A stretch of DNA of 64,000 bases, from the sequence record EU863408, one strand, 5' to 3'. A model generated the notes under the pieces. It was given only the letters and a program-made list of their open reading frames with translations. It did no database searches and was not told the origin of the DNA. Source of the DNA: Escherichia phage JSE. Shown here one piece after another: positions 9,063 to 19,549 of the stretch (within the stretch, counting starts at the first letter, position 1; every line of letters starts with the position of its first letter). Made by a program: the position numbers and the translations under genes.

Positions 9063-9788
9063 TTACTTGAGTGTGTGGAATTGGCTATGTTTAGTCTCTC
9101 GCACCTTGACAGACCCATCGCGTTTGATATAATAGATCAGTGACTTGAGGGTGTCGTGTACATACGCGTGCGGGAAACGTTCTGGATACTTCTTCCAATC
9201 TGGAGTATTAACGATCCAGTCGAAAATCCACCACGGGCAGGAGTAGTAACCACGACCGCCACCGATCAAGCAAATGGTCGGACGGAAGCCAGTAAGATCG
9301 CAAAATGAATCAGTGTCATGTGCTAGGGAACGATGCTCTGCTTCGTCAGAGAAAATGTTTGCTACCGGAGATTTCACTTTAACTTCCGGTGCTTCTTCAA
9401 CATCTGACTTAACTTCTTCGACCACTGGTTCAACTGCTGGAGATTCTTCTTTTGTTTCTTCAATGACGATCTCAGGTTCTTTCATTGCTTCAACCAGAGA
9501 CGGATCAACTTCGTCGAATACTATTTTATCATCTGCGGTGTCTGCTGCCAGAATAAGATCGTTAATACTGGTTCCTTCTGCCGGAGTTTCTTCTTCCATT
9601 TCGGAAGCCAGTTTAGTTAATTCGGTTTCTACGAACTCGATCATGTTCTCTAGTGATAAAGTCTTTTTGACCTTAATATCAAATTGTTTTGCGTAGTCAG
9701 CTAATTCTGTTTTAGCTGTTTTCTGTGCTTCTTTGTCGTCGGACGCCGCAATAGCGCGGAGTTCTTCGAAATATTCTTTATCAAACAT
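9063..9788 (-). CDS. inh: Inh-like capsid-associated protein
   Basis: 241 aa at the T4 inh position between hoc and uvsW; acidic low-complexity N-terminal half; C-terminal WWIFDWIV segment resembles the Hoc capsid-binding domain. Confidence 0.45.
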   Translation of the reverse strand: MFDKEYFEELRAIAASDDKEAQKTAKTELADYAKQFDIKVKKTLSLENMIEFVETELTKLASEMEEETPAEGTSINDLILAADTADDKIVFDEVDPSLVEAMKEPEIVIEETKEESPAVEPVVEEVKSDVEEAPEVKVKSPVANIFSDEAEHRSLAHDTDSFCDLTGFRPTICLIGGGRGYYSCPWWIFDWIVNTPDWKKYPERFPHAYVHDTLKSLIYYIKRDGSVKVRETKHSQFHTLK

Positions 9789-9814
9789 GTTATTCTCCTG
9801 ATTGGGGGTGTTTG

Positions 9815-9822
9815 TATAAATA
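9815..9822 (+). promoter_or_regulatory. T4-type late promoter TATAAATA upstream of uvsW
   Basis: Exact TATAAATA 37 nt before ATG 9859. Confidence 0.45.
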
Positions 9823-9858
9823 TTTGTATACTGTATTTATTGAGTGAGGCTATTCGCT

Positions 9859-11361
9859 ATGCAAGATATTAAAATTCACTTTCTGAACTATTCCCATGTT
9901 CAAATTGAATGTAGCGATTCAATTTTATTAGAAATGCGAGATTATTTTAGTTTTGAAGTCGAGGGAGCGCGGTTTCAAAAACGAGTAAAATACGGAGGCT
10001 GGGATGGGCGTATTCGTCTTTTAGATTACAACGGAAAGCTGCCAATCGGCCTAACTAAAACCGTGGGAATCTTCGCTAAAAATATGGGCTATAGTGTATG
10101 GGTAGATCCTCGCTTATTCGAAAAAGAACAAGTTACAGAAGAAGAAATTACAAAATGGTGTAATGCCTTAGAATTATATTCCGGTGCTAACAGGATCACC
10201 CCGCATTGGTATCAATCAAAGGCTGTCTTTGAAGGTATCCATCATAAACGCCGTATGTTAGTTTTGCCTACGTCCGCTGGTAAATCTGCGATTGCTTGTA
10301 TGTTGTCTCGCTGGTACTTAGAGAACTACGAAGGGAAAGTGCTGATCATCGTTCCTACCACGTCGCTAGTGCTGCAAATGCGTGATGACTTTGTTGATTA
10401 TCGCCAGTTTCCTTATGAAGCAATTCATACTATCATGAGCGGTACTAGTAAACACGTAGGTGATCGCCTGATCGTTGTTAGTACGTGGCAATCTGCATGT
10501 AAACAACCTCGTGAGTGGTTCCAGCAATTTGGGATGGTTATTGTTGACGAATGTCACAAAGCCACTGCTAAAAACCTGCTAAACATCGTTACTGATATGG
10601 ATCATTGCCAGTTTAAGATCGGCATGACTGGTTCCCCTCGTGACGGGAAAGCTAACATGATGCAGTATGTCGGGCTTTTCGGTGATATTTCTAAGATCGT
10701 GAGTATTGACCGCCTGATGGAAGAAGGGCAGGTGACAAAACTGAAAATTAACTGTCTTTTCCTTCGTTATACCGATGAGGAATGTAGCGCGGTTAAGGGG
10801 CGAGAATATGCGGAAGAGATCAAGTATATTACATCTAACCCACGACGAAATAAGTTTGCTTGTAATTTGGCGCTAAAACTCGCTAAGAAGGGCGAAAACG
10901 TATTCCTGATGTTCCGCAACACTAAGCACGGAAAACTTATGTATGACGCGTTACAGAAGGTACACGACAAGGTTTATTATATTGACGGTGGAGTTAAGAC
11001 AGAAGAACGAGACGAGTTCAAAAAATTAGCGGAAGGGGAAACAGGGATCATTTGTGTTGCGTCTTATGGTGTATTCTCTACTGGTGTTTCAATTAAGAAT
11101 TTGCATCATGTTATTTTCGGTCATCCAGTGAAGGAATCAACTATCGTTCGTCAGAGTATCGGTCGTGCATTGCGTAAACATGGTTCTAAGGATATTGCAA
11201 CGGTCTGGGATCTTATCGATCATTTGGCGGTTAAGACAAAGAGCAAGAATGCTAAGAAACAGTTTAGCCACCTTAATTATGCTCTTAAACATGCGCTTGA
11301 AAGAATAAAAATTTACAACACCGATCGATTCGAATATGTCACGAAAACAATCGAGATCTAA
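9859..11361 (+). CDS. uvsW: UvsW DNA/RNA helicase (SF2)
   Basis: Near-colinear match to T4 UvsW (LPTSAGKS Walker A, DECH box); start placed at ATG 9859 (MQDIKIHF); TATAAATA at 9815-9822. Confidence 0.95.
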   Translation: MQDIKIHFLNYSHVQIECSDSILLEMRDYFSFEVEGARFQKRVKYGGWDGRIRLLDYNGKLPIGLTKTVGIFAKNMGYSVWVDPRLFEKEQVTEEEITKWCNALELYSGANRITPHWYQSKAVFEGIHHKRRMLVLPTSAGKSAIACMLSRWYLENYEGKVLIIVPTTSLVLQMRDDFVDYRQFPYEAIHTIMSGTSKHVGDRLIVVSTWQSACKQPREWFQQFGMVIVDECHKATAKNLLNIVTDMDHCQFKIGMTGSPRDGKANMMQYVGLFGDISKIVSIDRLMEEGQVTKLKINCLFLRYTDEECSAVKGREYAEEIKYITSNPRRNKFACNLALKLAKKGENVFLMFRNTKHGKLMYDALQKVHDKVYYIDGGVKTEERDEFKKLAEGETGIICVASYGVFSTGVSIKNLHHVIFGHPVKESTIVRQSIGRALRKHGSKDIATVWDLIDHLAVKTKSKNAKKQFSHLNYALKHALERIKIYNTDRFEYVTKTIEI

Positions 11362-11404
11362 TAAATAGGGGCTTTAATGCCCCTTTATTCTACGGAGATT
11401 AAAA

Positions 11405-11641
11405 ATGATTAGCTTTAAACGTTTTTTGGTTGAGGCCGCTATTGACGGTTTCATGAGTAAGATTTATTCTTGTAATACTATCGAGGGATTAAATGAACTT
11501 GAGGCATATTATGAGAAGCGCAAGAAAGAAACAGAATTGAAACCTGCTGATGACATTTCGATCCGTGATGCTATCGCTGGACGCCGTAAGCAACTGGAAG
11601 CGGACAACGAGCCAGAAGAGGAGCCGGAAGAGGATTTTTAA
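11405..11641 (+). CDS. uvsW.1: UvsW.1 small acidic protein
   Basis: 78 aa ORF immediately after uvsW, as in T4. Confidence 0.65.
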   Translation: MISFKRFLVEAAIDGFMSKIYSCNTIEGLNELEAYYEKRKKETELKPADDISIRDAIAGRRKQLEADNEPEEEPEEDF

Positions 11642-11644
11642 GAT

Positions 11645-11680
11645 ATAAAAAAGCCCCATCAATGATGGGGCAAAATAAAC
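11645..11680 (-). terminator. terminator hairpin between uvsW.1 and the uvsY block
   Basis: GCCCCATC-AATG-ATGGGGC flanked by A/T runs. Confidence 0.5.
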
Positions 11681-11704
11681 CAATTAAAATCGGTTATCAA
11701 CAAA

Positions 11705-11881
11705 TTACATTAACAGCATTGTTTGCTCTACGAGTTGTTCTTGTTCTTCGCCGTTCGCATCTTCACTAATCGAACGTTCTGTTACTAGCTGTAAGCAGTA
11801 GCCAGTGTGAACAACGCCGTTTTCTGTCTGGACTGATAACGCATCCTCGACAGGTTGTTTACAACAAATACAGATTTTCAT
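11705..11881 (-). CDS. hypothetical Cys-rich small protein (58 aa)
   Basis: Starts MKICICCKQP; AGGAGG Shine-Dalgarno 6 nt upstream; sits in the uvsY.-1/-2 slot. Confidence 0.45.
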   Translation of the reverse strand: MKICICCKQPVEDALSVQTENGVVHTGYCLQLVTERSISEDANGEEQEQLVEQTMLLM

Positions 11882-11902
11882 AAAAATTCCTCCTGCATGT
11901 AT

Positions 11903-12310
11903 TTAGCGACCAGATTCCAGCATACGCAATTCTATAGCATTCTTGATCGCAAATCCACGAGATTTAACGATATCAAGTGCGCGACCAGCAAAATCCATTA
12001 CCATCTGGTAATATGCAATTTTCGTATCAAGCGGTAAGATCTCGTCGTCTGCTGCCATGACAACTTTCAATTCTGATTTCTCATATTCAGCACGACACCA
12101 GTCATCACTACGGTTAGTGTAAAAGTCAAGACGATTTTTCATAGCCTTTTTCTTTTTAGCCTCAAGAGCAATCGTCTCTCTTTTCGCCTCGCTGTAAATC
12201 CTTAACCACTTTGAGTATACTACCGGATTATTCAGCGCCTCCCATTGCAACTTAGTCGCATCGATCTTCATGTCAGCTTCTAATTGTTCTTTCAAATCGT
12301 TTAGGTCCAT
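11903..12310 (-). CDS. uvsY: UvsY recombination mediator
   Basis: 135 aa; colinear with T4 UvsY (KSRGFAIK segment conserved). Confidence 0.9.
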   Translation of the reverse strand: MDLNDLKEQLEADMKIDATKLQWEALNNPVVYSKWLRIYSEAKRETIALEAKKKKAMKNRLDFYTNRSDDWCRAEYEKSELKVVMAADDEILPLDTKIAYYQMVMDFAGRALDIVKSRGFAIKNAIELRMLESGR

Positions 12311-12357
12311 AATATCCCCTTATTCACACTAAGACCTATATCATATCACACACAAAA

Positions 12358-12744
12358 TCACTTTGCAAGTCTTATGCGTAGTTGTTCAAGATCATCTGGG
12401 TTATCTATTACTGAAAAGTAGATTGATACTATGATTGAGTTATCGTCGTACTGCGGAGTTACTTCTACTGTCAGGTTTCGGACCCGTGGTTCATAGTTTC
12501 GGATCGCCTCATTGATGTTTTTTGATAAGGTATCCACTGTCAGTGGGTTCATGTTCTCAAACAGTGATTTATTGAGATCGCATCCAAACAGTGGATCAAA
12601 TGGACGAGATCCCTTGCGAGTAGTCACGATCAGTAGAATAGAATCTTTAACCGCTTTAATCCCTATGTTCTTTTTAACGTCGTTATTCCACGATCTGGAT
12701 ATATTGAGATCCAAATCAGTATACATCTGATTAATAGTTGCCAT
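12358..12744 (-). CDS. 25: baseplate wedge protein gp25
   Basis: TTRKGSRPFDP.FGCDL and RNYEPR match T4 gp25; start placed at ATG 12744 with GAGG site. Confidence 0.9.
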   Translation of the reverse strand: MATINQMYTDLDLNISRSWNNDVKKNIGIKAVKDSILLIVTTRKGSRPFDPLFGCDLNKSLFENMNPLTVDTLSKNINEAIRNYEPRVRNLTVEVTPQYDDNSIIVSIYFSVIDNPDDLEQLRIRLAK

Positions 12745-12752
12745 GTTATACC

Positions 12753-13382
12753 TCAAAGAATTTTAAGGAAACTGGATAGACCTGATAATGAATATACACC
12801 AGATTCCCCGCATTCGCACTTGATCGGTACTGCCAGCGTGATTTGATTTCTTGTTAGCTCGTCGATCACTTCTTCCACTTTATCCGTGGTAAGCATATCC
12901 AGCACGCGGTCAAAGTCCTGTGCGTTCAGGTCGTCTATATTGAATTGCTGATCGCCGATCACGATATATTCGATACATGCAATTACCATCTGCATAATAT
13001 CAACATCTTCTGTAAACTTAGGTTGACGAAACTTGATTTTTACTTGTCCTAAGTCCAGAATATACGGTTCAACTTCTGGTATCTGTGTGCGTGAAACATC
13101 AAGAGAGTATACTTTCTCTTTATTGCATACACCACACACCCAAGTAGCATCAATTTTCATCTTATTGAGGCTGTGACACCATAAGAGAAGAAAAATATAT
13201 TCTGCTTCGCATTTCTCTAGCTCTAATGCATTGATCCCCGTACATTCATGTATGATCTCTATAACAACCTCTGACAGCTTGCCAGTCTCTTTTGCTGCTA
13301 CCAGTTTTTGAAATTCGCCGAAGGTGAAAGCACGGGCGTGTATCAACTTTTCGCCTAATTGGATCTTGAAAAAGTATTGCAT
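12753..13382 (-). CDS. 26: baseplate hub subunit gp26
   Basis: 209 aa, T4 gp26 size and position, divergent from gp51. Confidence 0.85.
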   Translation of the reverse strand: MQYFFKIQLGEKLIHARAFTFGEFQKLVAAKETGKLSEVVIEIIHECTGINALELEKCEAEYIFLLLWCHSLNKMKIDATWVCGVCNKEKVYSLDVSRTQIPEVEPYILDLGQVKIKFRQPKFTEDVDIMQMVIACIEYIVIGDQQFNIDDLNAQDFDRVLDMLTTDKVEEVIDELTRNQITLAVPIKCECGESGVYSLSGLSSFLKIL

Positions 13383-13424
13383 AATAAAACACCCTTTATA
13401 AACACATAGAATTATTTAGTATTT

Positions 13425-13432
13425 TATAAATA
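13425..13432 (+). promoter_or_regulatory. T4-type late promoter TATAAATA upstream of gene 51
   Basis: Exact TATAAATA about 20 nt before ATG 13453, in the divergent 26/51 intergenic region. Confidence 0.55.
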
Positions 13433-13452
13433 CCCGAAAGGGGGATTATACC

Positions 13453-14223
13453 ATGAATATTATCCGAATAAAACTGCCGGAAGGTGTGCAGAGATTTAAA
13501 CCATTCACGGTAAAAGATTATAGAGATTTCCTTCTGGTGTCAACTGAAATTAAGATGAATCCAGAAGAAGAACAAACGATTCTGGATGAGCTATTAGAAG
13601 AAATATATCCAGAAGTAGATCCGGCATTTCGTGAATATATTTTCCTGAATGTCTTTACTAGCTCAATTGGTAAAACAAAGATACCGCTTTGTTTTACTTG
13701 CCCGACTTGCAACAAAGAAAGAAAAATGTTGCTTAACTTACAGGTTGAAGCACTAAAACCAATCGTTCTAGAGGCCGCAGGGCTTAAAATAACTTTCCGG
13801 TATGTTAAACCATCAACCGACTATGCAAAAACGTTTCTGGATGCGATAGAGCGTGTATCTGATGGTATTAATGATTATCTATGGACTGAATTACCGGAAG
13901 AAGTTAGAGAACAGGTTATCGATTCAATCTCATTTGCTGAATTTGAAGAAGTTGTTAAGCAGATGCACACAATCAAGATCGAACAAAAGATATCTTGTTG
14001 TGAAAGTCATGACCTGAAATACATAGGTCTTCTTCCATTATTCAAATTGTTGTTGAATCCAGATGAGTTATTCATCTTTTATCGAATAAACCATCTATTG
14101 GCAAAATCAAATTATTCTATCAGTGATCTTATGGATATGTTACCGATTGAGAGAAACATTGCACTGACACTGGTCGAGAAAGACGTAAAAGAGGCAAATA
14201 ATGCAAAGAACGGGGTTTCCTAA
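13453..14223 (+). CDS. 51: baseplate hub assembly catalyst gp51
   Basis: 256 aa, T4 order 26-51-27; TATAAATA late promoter at 13425-13432. Confidence 0.85.
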   Translation: MNIIRIKLPEGVQRFKPFTVKDYRDFLLVSTEIKMNPEEEQTILDELLEEIYPEVDPAFREYIFLNVFTSSIGKTKIPLCFTCPTCNKERKMLLNLQVEALKPIVLEAAGLKITFRYVKPSTDYAKTFLDAIERVSDGINDYLWTELPEEVREQVIDSISFAEFEEVVKQMHTIKIEQKISCCESHDLKYIGLLPLFKLLLNPDELFIFYRINHLLAKSNYSISDLMDMLPIERNIALTLVEKDVKEANNAKNGVS

Positions 14224-15311
14224 TGTCTCAATAAAACTTTATCAGGATTATGAGGCATTTCTAAATCATCGCTTTATAGAGTTGGGTGCTACCTTTGTTA
14301 CAATGACTCTGCGTGATTCGATTCGTGGGGTGAATGAAGGATTGTTGCAATTCTATGATAATAAGGCGATGCATACAAAATTAAACGGGAGAGAGATCAT
14401 TCAGATTTCGCTATCCACTGCTAATACAGATGAAGTGTTTAACCGAATCTATGGGATCTCTCATAGTAATGTAACAATTGACCAAAAATCCGACAACATT
14501 TTAACATTCCAGTTAAAGAGCTATCACGAAACACTAAACCTTAAATTTTCTCGCTCATTGACAAATAACGCGGTTAATAACGTAACTAGCATGATTGATG
14601 CCATCTATAAGGAAGTTCCTTTATGGAAACCTACTATAAAGGGTGATAACGTTGTTATTCCTCGTTGTCCGTGGGTTAGTACCATAAATGACTATATGGA
14701 TTTTGTTAGGGCATACGGGCAAAGCGTAGAAACCGAGTCTTTCGTGTATTGCTGGGAAGATTTTGATGGTATAACGATTGCTGGATACGATACAATATTA
14801 AAAAATGAGCCAATACCAGCTATAATCTGTGAGCCTAGACTCATGGGGCAATTTATTGATATGTCGCCTAATCTGATGGTTTTTAATTTTGAGTGGCAGA
14901 CTAAGAGCAATGCTAAAGTTAAAAAATTCATTTAGCAATGTGACATACACCACTATTGATTTTGTTACTAAGCAGTATAATAAAATTATTGTTGGTAATG
15001 GGGATAATATTGCACACTTTGCTCATGGTGGCGCTTATGGCGATTTAACTTATAAGAATGCGTTTTTGGAAGGTTCTAAACTTGCCACAATAGAACAATA
15101 TGATTCATATGCTACCGCCGTGTGTCACGGTAATTTTTCGTTGCGCCCCGGTATGGTTATTCGATTCTTTGATGAGAAGCAACAAGCACGCAATGATTTT
15201 ATTGTTGACGAAGTGGTGCATGAAATTAGCCGAGAGCAATCATTAACTCACCTGTATATGATCGGTAACAGCGAAGAATTACAGGAAGTCAAATTTGAAG
15301 GTAAGATATAA
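14201..15311 (+). CDS. 27: baseplate hub subunit gp27, split by a frameshift at an A6 tract (14921-14926)
   Basis: Track ORFs 14201..14935 and 14889..15311 are the N- and C-terminal parts of T4 gp27; removing one A makes a single reading frame. Confidence 0.8.
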
Positions 15312-15829
15312 TGACAGAAACTAAACCTATGTTAAAATTTGTTGTTCCTGTAAAAAAATTAGAGATAAACGGGAAACATATTAAGATCCCAAAAATGGGG
15401 ATTAAGCAACATCGATTATTAAAAGATGTTCGTAGCTGTGATGAAACATTAAAGATTCTTCTTGATTCAATCTGTCCTGGGTTAAACGCAGCCGAGTCTG
15501 AGTTGGTTATGCTTAACCTTTGTGCGTTTAATGGTAAGTGTCTGGAAGAAAAAGATGGTCTTAAGTTGTCTGATGTATATATTTGTACAGAGACTGAATT
15601 TACTTTAAATGGTAAAGTCTTTAAATTTAAAAATCCAATGTATACTTCTGACCCCATTATCGATGACGCTGATTTCTTGAGTCATCATTATCACGATCCT
15701 AGCGTAGACTTCCATGATTTCCCAGCTTTTATTATGGATTGGGCTACAGGATTAAGAAAAACTATTGCACTGGATACACCGGAAGGTACTATCTATGGTG
15801 GAATTAACATATTGGATCGCCTATCATGA
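15311..15829 (+). CDS. 28: baseplate hub distal subunit gp28
   Basis: 172 aa, synteny 27-28-29. Confidence 0.85.
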   Translation: MTETKPMLKFVVPVKKLEINGKHIKIPKMGIKQHRLLKDVRSCDETLKILLDSICPGLNAAESELVMLNLCAFNGKCLEEKDGLKLSDVYICTETEFTLNGKVFKFKNPMYTSDPIIDDADFLSHHYHDPSVDFHDFPAFIMDWATGLRKTIALDTPEGTIYGGINILDRLS

Positions 15830-17559
15830 ATGACGCATTAACATCATTTCGCGGGATGCGCAAGGAAGCGGAAGAAAACCCGATTGATAAACTTAACAAA
15901 TTAGATAAACTTAATTCTATTGATAATTTGCAAGCCGCTACCGAATTGGTGGCAGAGACAGTAGAGCAAAAATCTAATGAAGTTGTTGGTGCGGTCGAGG
16001 ATAACACCGCAGCCAATGAATTGACGGCAGAAAATACACAATCTACCGCTGGCAATACCCAAAAAACTTATGAAGAATTGCAAAAACTCAATAATTTCTC
16101 TTCTCAGATGAATGAGAAATTACGTGGTTTTGGTGTTATGATGGAACGTAGATTTGGTGTTGTCAGTAAAATGGCTAGCGGTATTGGTGCGATTGAAGAA
16201 GCATTGAAAAAACCGGAACAACCGCAAACAATGCCATCACCTCAGCCAGTTTTGCCTACTGTACCGGAACAGCCTAACAATGACAACTATCAAGGTCTTC
16301 CAAAGAAAAAACCAGATGCTGATGACCGAAAGAAAAAGAACGCCACAGATAAGCGTAATGCTGATTCTATGGAAAATCTTCTTAAAGTTGTTCGTGGAGG
16401 ATTTAAAGAAACCATAGGTATCTCTAATAAGGTCTTAGGGATGTTATTTAAGATCACTTTGACCGCTATGGCAGAAGCCGCAAAATGGGGTGCTATTTTG
16501 ATGGGTATTGTTTTTGTCATTGATACCCTGATGGTTCATTTCAGATATTGGAGTGATTTATTCGAAACAAAATTCAATGAATTTATGGATAAGGCCGGAG
16601 GATGGGCTGGTCCTATTAGCGATATTTTAACTACTGTTCGTCAGGTTCGAGATTATTGGTCTAAAGGCGAATATGGAGAGTTAATTAAATCTCTTGTTAT
16701 GGGTATTGGTGATGCATTCTATAAAACCTTTATCCAACTTGATCGAATTATCACTACGGGTATTGCTAAAATTCTTCGTATGATCCCTGGCATGGGTGAT
16801 TATGCCGATAAGTTAGAATATGGTGCTTTAAAATCTGCTGTCGCTCAAGGCTATACGCCAAATGAAAGAGAACTCGAATTAATGGATAAGGTCGAGTCTG
16901 AACACGAAGAAGACAAATATGGAGAGCGCACAGGGTGGACCGGAAAAGCCCGTGATATTGGCGAGGCCATAGGCGAATCTATTAAGGATAAAGTTAACGA
17001 AGGTCTTGTTAGTCTGGGCTGGAGAGATCAAAAGGATGTTGACGCAGAGAAACGACAAGAAGAATTAAAACGCGGAGAATATAAGTCTGTTTCTGCTGAA
17101 CAACGATCTGCTAGTCGTAAACTTAGAATTAAAAGCGAGGGCGCGATCAATAATATTAATGAAGTTATGGAGAATTTGAGCGGTGACTATGACAAAGAAA
17201 GAATGGGAGAGTTGAAAAAGGATATTGATGTTTACCGTGAGCAAGTTCAAGATCCTACATTAGTTGAAAGTGATCGTTCTCAGTTAGAGCGTCTTATTGA
17301 AAAATTTGATGAGATGTATGCTGATAAAACTAAGGGTGTGGTTCCAACTAAATCTGTTCCGGCAACTGAAACGGAAACAGCAAAACAAGCGGAACGTACT
17401 GAACAAATGCAGAAACAAGCTGCAATCCAGCAACAAACGACAAATCAGACCTCAAACGTAAATAATACACAAATTGTAACAAACAATAGAACTATTAAAC
17501 AGGGTGCACCAACAACTAGAATTGATGCCCCAGGTACAATTAATATGGGGAACTTTTAA
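15826..17559 (+). CDS. 29: baseplate hub subunit / tail length determinator gp29
   Basis: 577 aa, size and position as T4 gp29. Confidence 0.85.
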   Translation: MNDALTSFRGMRKEAEENPIDKLNKLDKLNSIDNLQAATELVAETVEQKSNEVVGAVEDNTAANELTAENTQSTAGNTQKTYEELQKLNNFSSQMNEKLRGFGVMMERRFGVVSKMASGIGAIEEALKKPEQPQTMPSPQPVLPTVPEQPNNDNYQGLPKKKPDADDRKKKNATDKRNADSMENLLKVVRGGFKETIGISNKVLGMLFKITLTAMAEAAKWGAILMGIVFVIDTLMVHFRYWSDLFETKFNEFMDKAGGWAGPISDILTTVRQVRDYWSKGEYGELIKSLVMGIGDAFYKTFIQLDRIITTGIAKILRMIPGMGDYADKLEYGALKSAVAQGYTPNERELELMDKVESEHEEDKYGERTGWTGKARDIGEAIGESIKDKVNEGLVSLGWRDQKDVDAEKRQEELKRGEYKSVSAEQRSASRKLRIKSEGAINNINEVMENLSGDYDKERMGELKKDIDVYREQVQDPTLVESDRSQLERLIEKFDEMYADKTKGVVPTKSVPATETETAKQAERTEQMQKQAAIQQQTTNQTSNVNNTQIVTNNRTIKQGAPTTRIDAPGTINMGNF

Positions 17560-18617
17560 TGAAAATTAGTGTTATCAATGATGCCGTTGATAGCTTTAAA
17601 GCGGGGGTTAAAACCTCCGCTGGTTTTACCTCAAAAAATAAAGGGAAAACATTAACCGCTCAATTCCCCGCTGAACGTGCTAGCGGTAATGATGCTAGCG
17701 GTTATTATATCAACGACTTATATAATAATGGTCTGTTATTCACTGCATACGATTACACATCCCGTACTACTGGATCGTTGCGTGATTTCAGGAAAAAGAA
17801 AAATGTTGCTAGCGGTTTTGGCGGTAGCGTTAATATCGCTGGTTTTGATTTAAATTTGGGTGGGAGAAATGCTGCATTTGACCGAGAGGCAATTGCTAAT
17901 ATTCTTCTTCCTCGTAGTCAATCTGACGTTGACGCTGCCAGCCATAAGTTTAATGATGTTGGTGAATCTGTTATTTCTCGCGGCGGTGGTACTTTAGGCG
18001 GTGCTCTTTCTAATATGGCATCTACTGCCGTTTTTGGTGGTATCGAAAGTATTACTGGTGGATACCTTGCCGATCACGGTGAACAGATTTATAATACTGC
18101 GCGAAGCATGTATGCGGGTGCTGACGCACGAACGAAAAACTACGTATGGCATCTAACCCCACGTAGTATTGAAGACCTTCGCAATATTCTGATCATATAC
18201 GAAACGTTTTTAGAGTTGTCTTATGGTTCTAGTGGTATTTCCAGCACCGCAAAAGAATTAAAAGCGGAAGTTGATGCGTGGTATAAAAATACACTATTGA
18301 GCAAATCCACTCCAGCCGAGGCAAAGAGAAATGATACGCTGTTTGAAGGGATCACCGATTTTCTATCCAACGTAATTACTGTATCTAACCCGACAATATG
18401 GATGATCTCTAACTTCGGCAAGCGTACATCGTTTGAAGGGCGTAGCGATGCATTTGGTCCCGCTCAGATCTCAAGTGTACGTCTGGACAAGTCGCCTGAT
18501 GGTAAGTTTAATGGCCTTGCTATTTCTCCTAACTTGCCGAGTACCTTTGTTCTGGAAGTATCATTTAGAGAGATCTTGACACTTTCCCGTGGTACTATAT
18601 TTGGGAGTGCGGCATAA
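17559..18617 (+). CDS. 48: baseplate tail tube cap gp48
   Basis: 352 aa, synteny 29-48-54. Confidence 0.85.
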   Translation: MKISVINDAVDSFKAGVKTSAGFTSKNKGKTLTAQFPAERASGNDASGYYINDLYNNGLLFTAYDYTSRTTGSLRDFRKKKNVASGFGGSVNIAGFDLNLGGRNAAFDREAIANILLPRSQSDVDAASHKFNDVGESVISRGGGTLGGALSNMASTAVFGGIESITGGYLADHGEQIYNTARSMYAGADARTKNYVWHLTPRSIEDLRNILIIYETFLELSYGSSGISSTAKELKAEVDAWYKNTLLSKSTPAEAKRNDTLFEGITDFLSNVITVSNPTIWMISNFGKRTSFEGRSDAFGPAQISSVRLDKSPDGKFNGLAISPNLPSTFVLEVSFREILTLSRGTIFGSAA

Positions 18618-19549
18618 TGTTTGATTTAAATGACTTTAACGAACAAGCCGCTAACCTTGACTTTCAGCGATCTAACTTATTCAGCGTGGCATTTGCCACC
18701 ACTCCAAGTAATAAGACACAAGCGATCCTAGAAAGTATGGGTGGTGCGGTATATGATATTATACCAAATGCATTAAATGACTATTTCGGGATTACTCGTG
18801 GTGATTATACTGACGCATTAACAAATCTTGCTGTACAGGGTGTTAGGCGTGCTGTTGATTCATCTGGTGTCAAAAAGTATCTTTTAGGTGCAATGTCATC
18901 CCGCGTAGTTCAATCTCTTCTGGGGCAATTTGATGTTGGTACATATGCGCTTGACTGGTTCAATATGGCATATAAGACAAGCGGTCTTCTGGTGTATGCT
19001 GTTAAGGTTCCAGAAAACAGATTGAATTATGAAATGGACCGTAACCACAATGCGCCAAACATTCGAATTACCGGACGTGATTTTGATCCGCTTGTATTGA
19101 GCTTTAGAATGGACTCTAGCGCATCAAACTATAGAGCAATGCAGGATTGGGTTAACTCAGTAGAAGACCCCGTTACAGGGCTTCGTGCGCTTCCTGTTGA
19201 CGTTGAAGCAGATATTCAGGTCAACTTACATAACCGAATGGGAGTTCCTCACACGATCATGATGTTTAATGGTTGTGTTCCTGTTGGTGTGAGTGCACCG
19301 GAATTAAACTATGAAAACAACAACGAAATCACAACATTCGATGTTACTTTCGCATATCGTTCTATGCAAACTGGTGCTGTAGGAGAGCAAGCCGCGCGAG
19401 AATGGATTGAGGATAAGGCAATAAACGCAATAACAAACACTTTCGGTAATAATTTACTTGATAGTGGGTTATCTGCTGCTGGTAATGCTTTATCGCGTCT
19501 AAATGGCGTTGGTGGGCGTGTGGTGAATACTGTCACTAACTGGTTCTGA
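18617..19549 (+). CDS. 54: baseplate tail tube initiator gp54
   Basis: 310 aa, synteny; followed by terminator hairpin at 19559-19585. Confidence 0.85.
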   Translation: MFDLNDFNEQAANLDFQRSNLFSVAFATTPSNKTQAILESMGGAVYDIIPNALNDYFGITRGDYTDALTNLAVQGVRRAVDSSGVKKYLLGAMSSRVVQSLLGQFDVGTYALDWFNMAYKTSGLLVYAVKVPENRLNYEMDRNHNAPNIRITGRDFDPLVLSFRMDSSASNYRAMQDWVNSVEDPVTGLRALPVDVEADIQVNLHNRMGVPHTIMMFNGCVPVGVSAPELNYENNNEITTFDVTFAYRSMQTGAVGEQAAREWIEDKAINAITNTFGNNLLDSGLSAAGNALSRLNGVGGRVVNTVTNWF

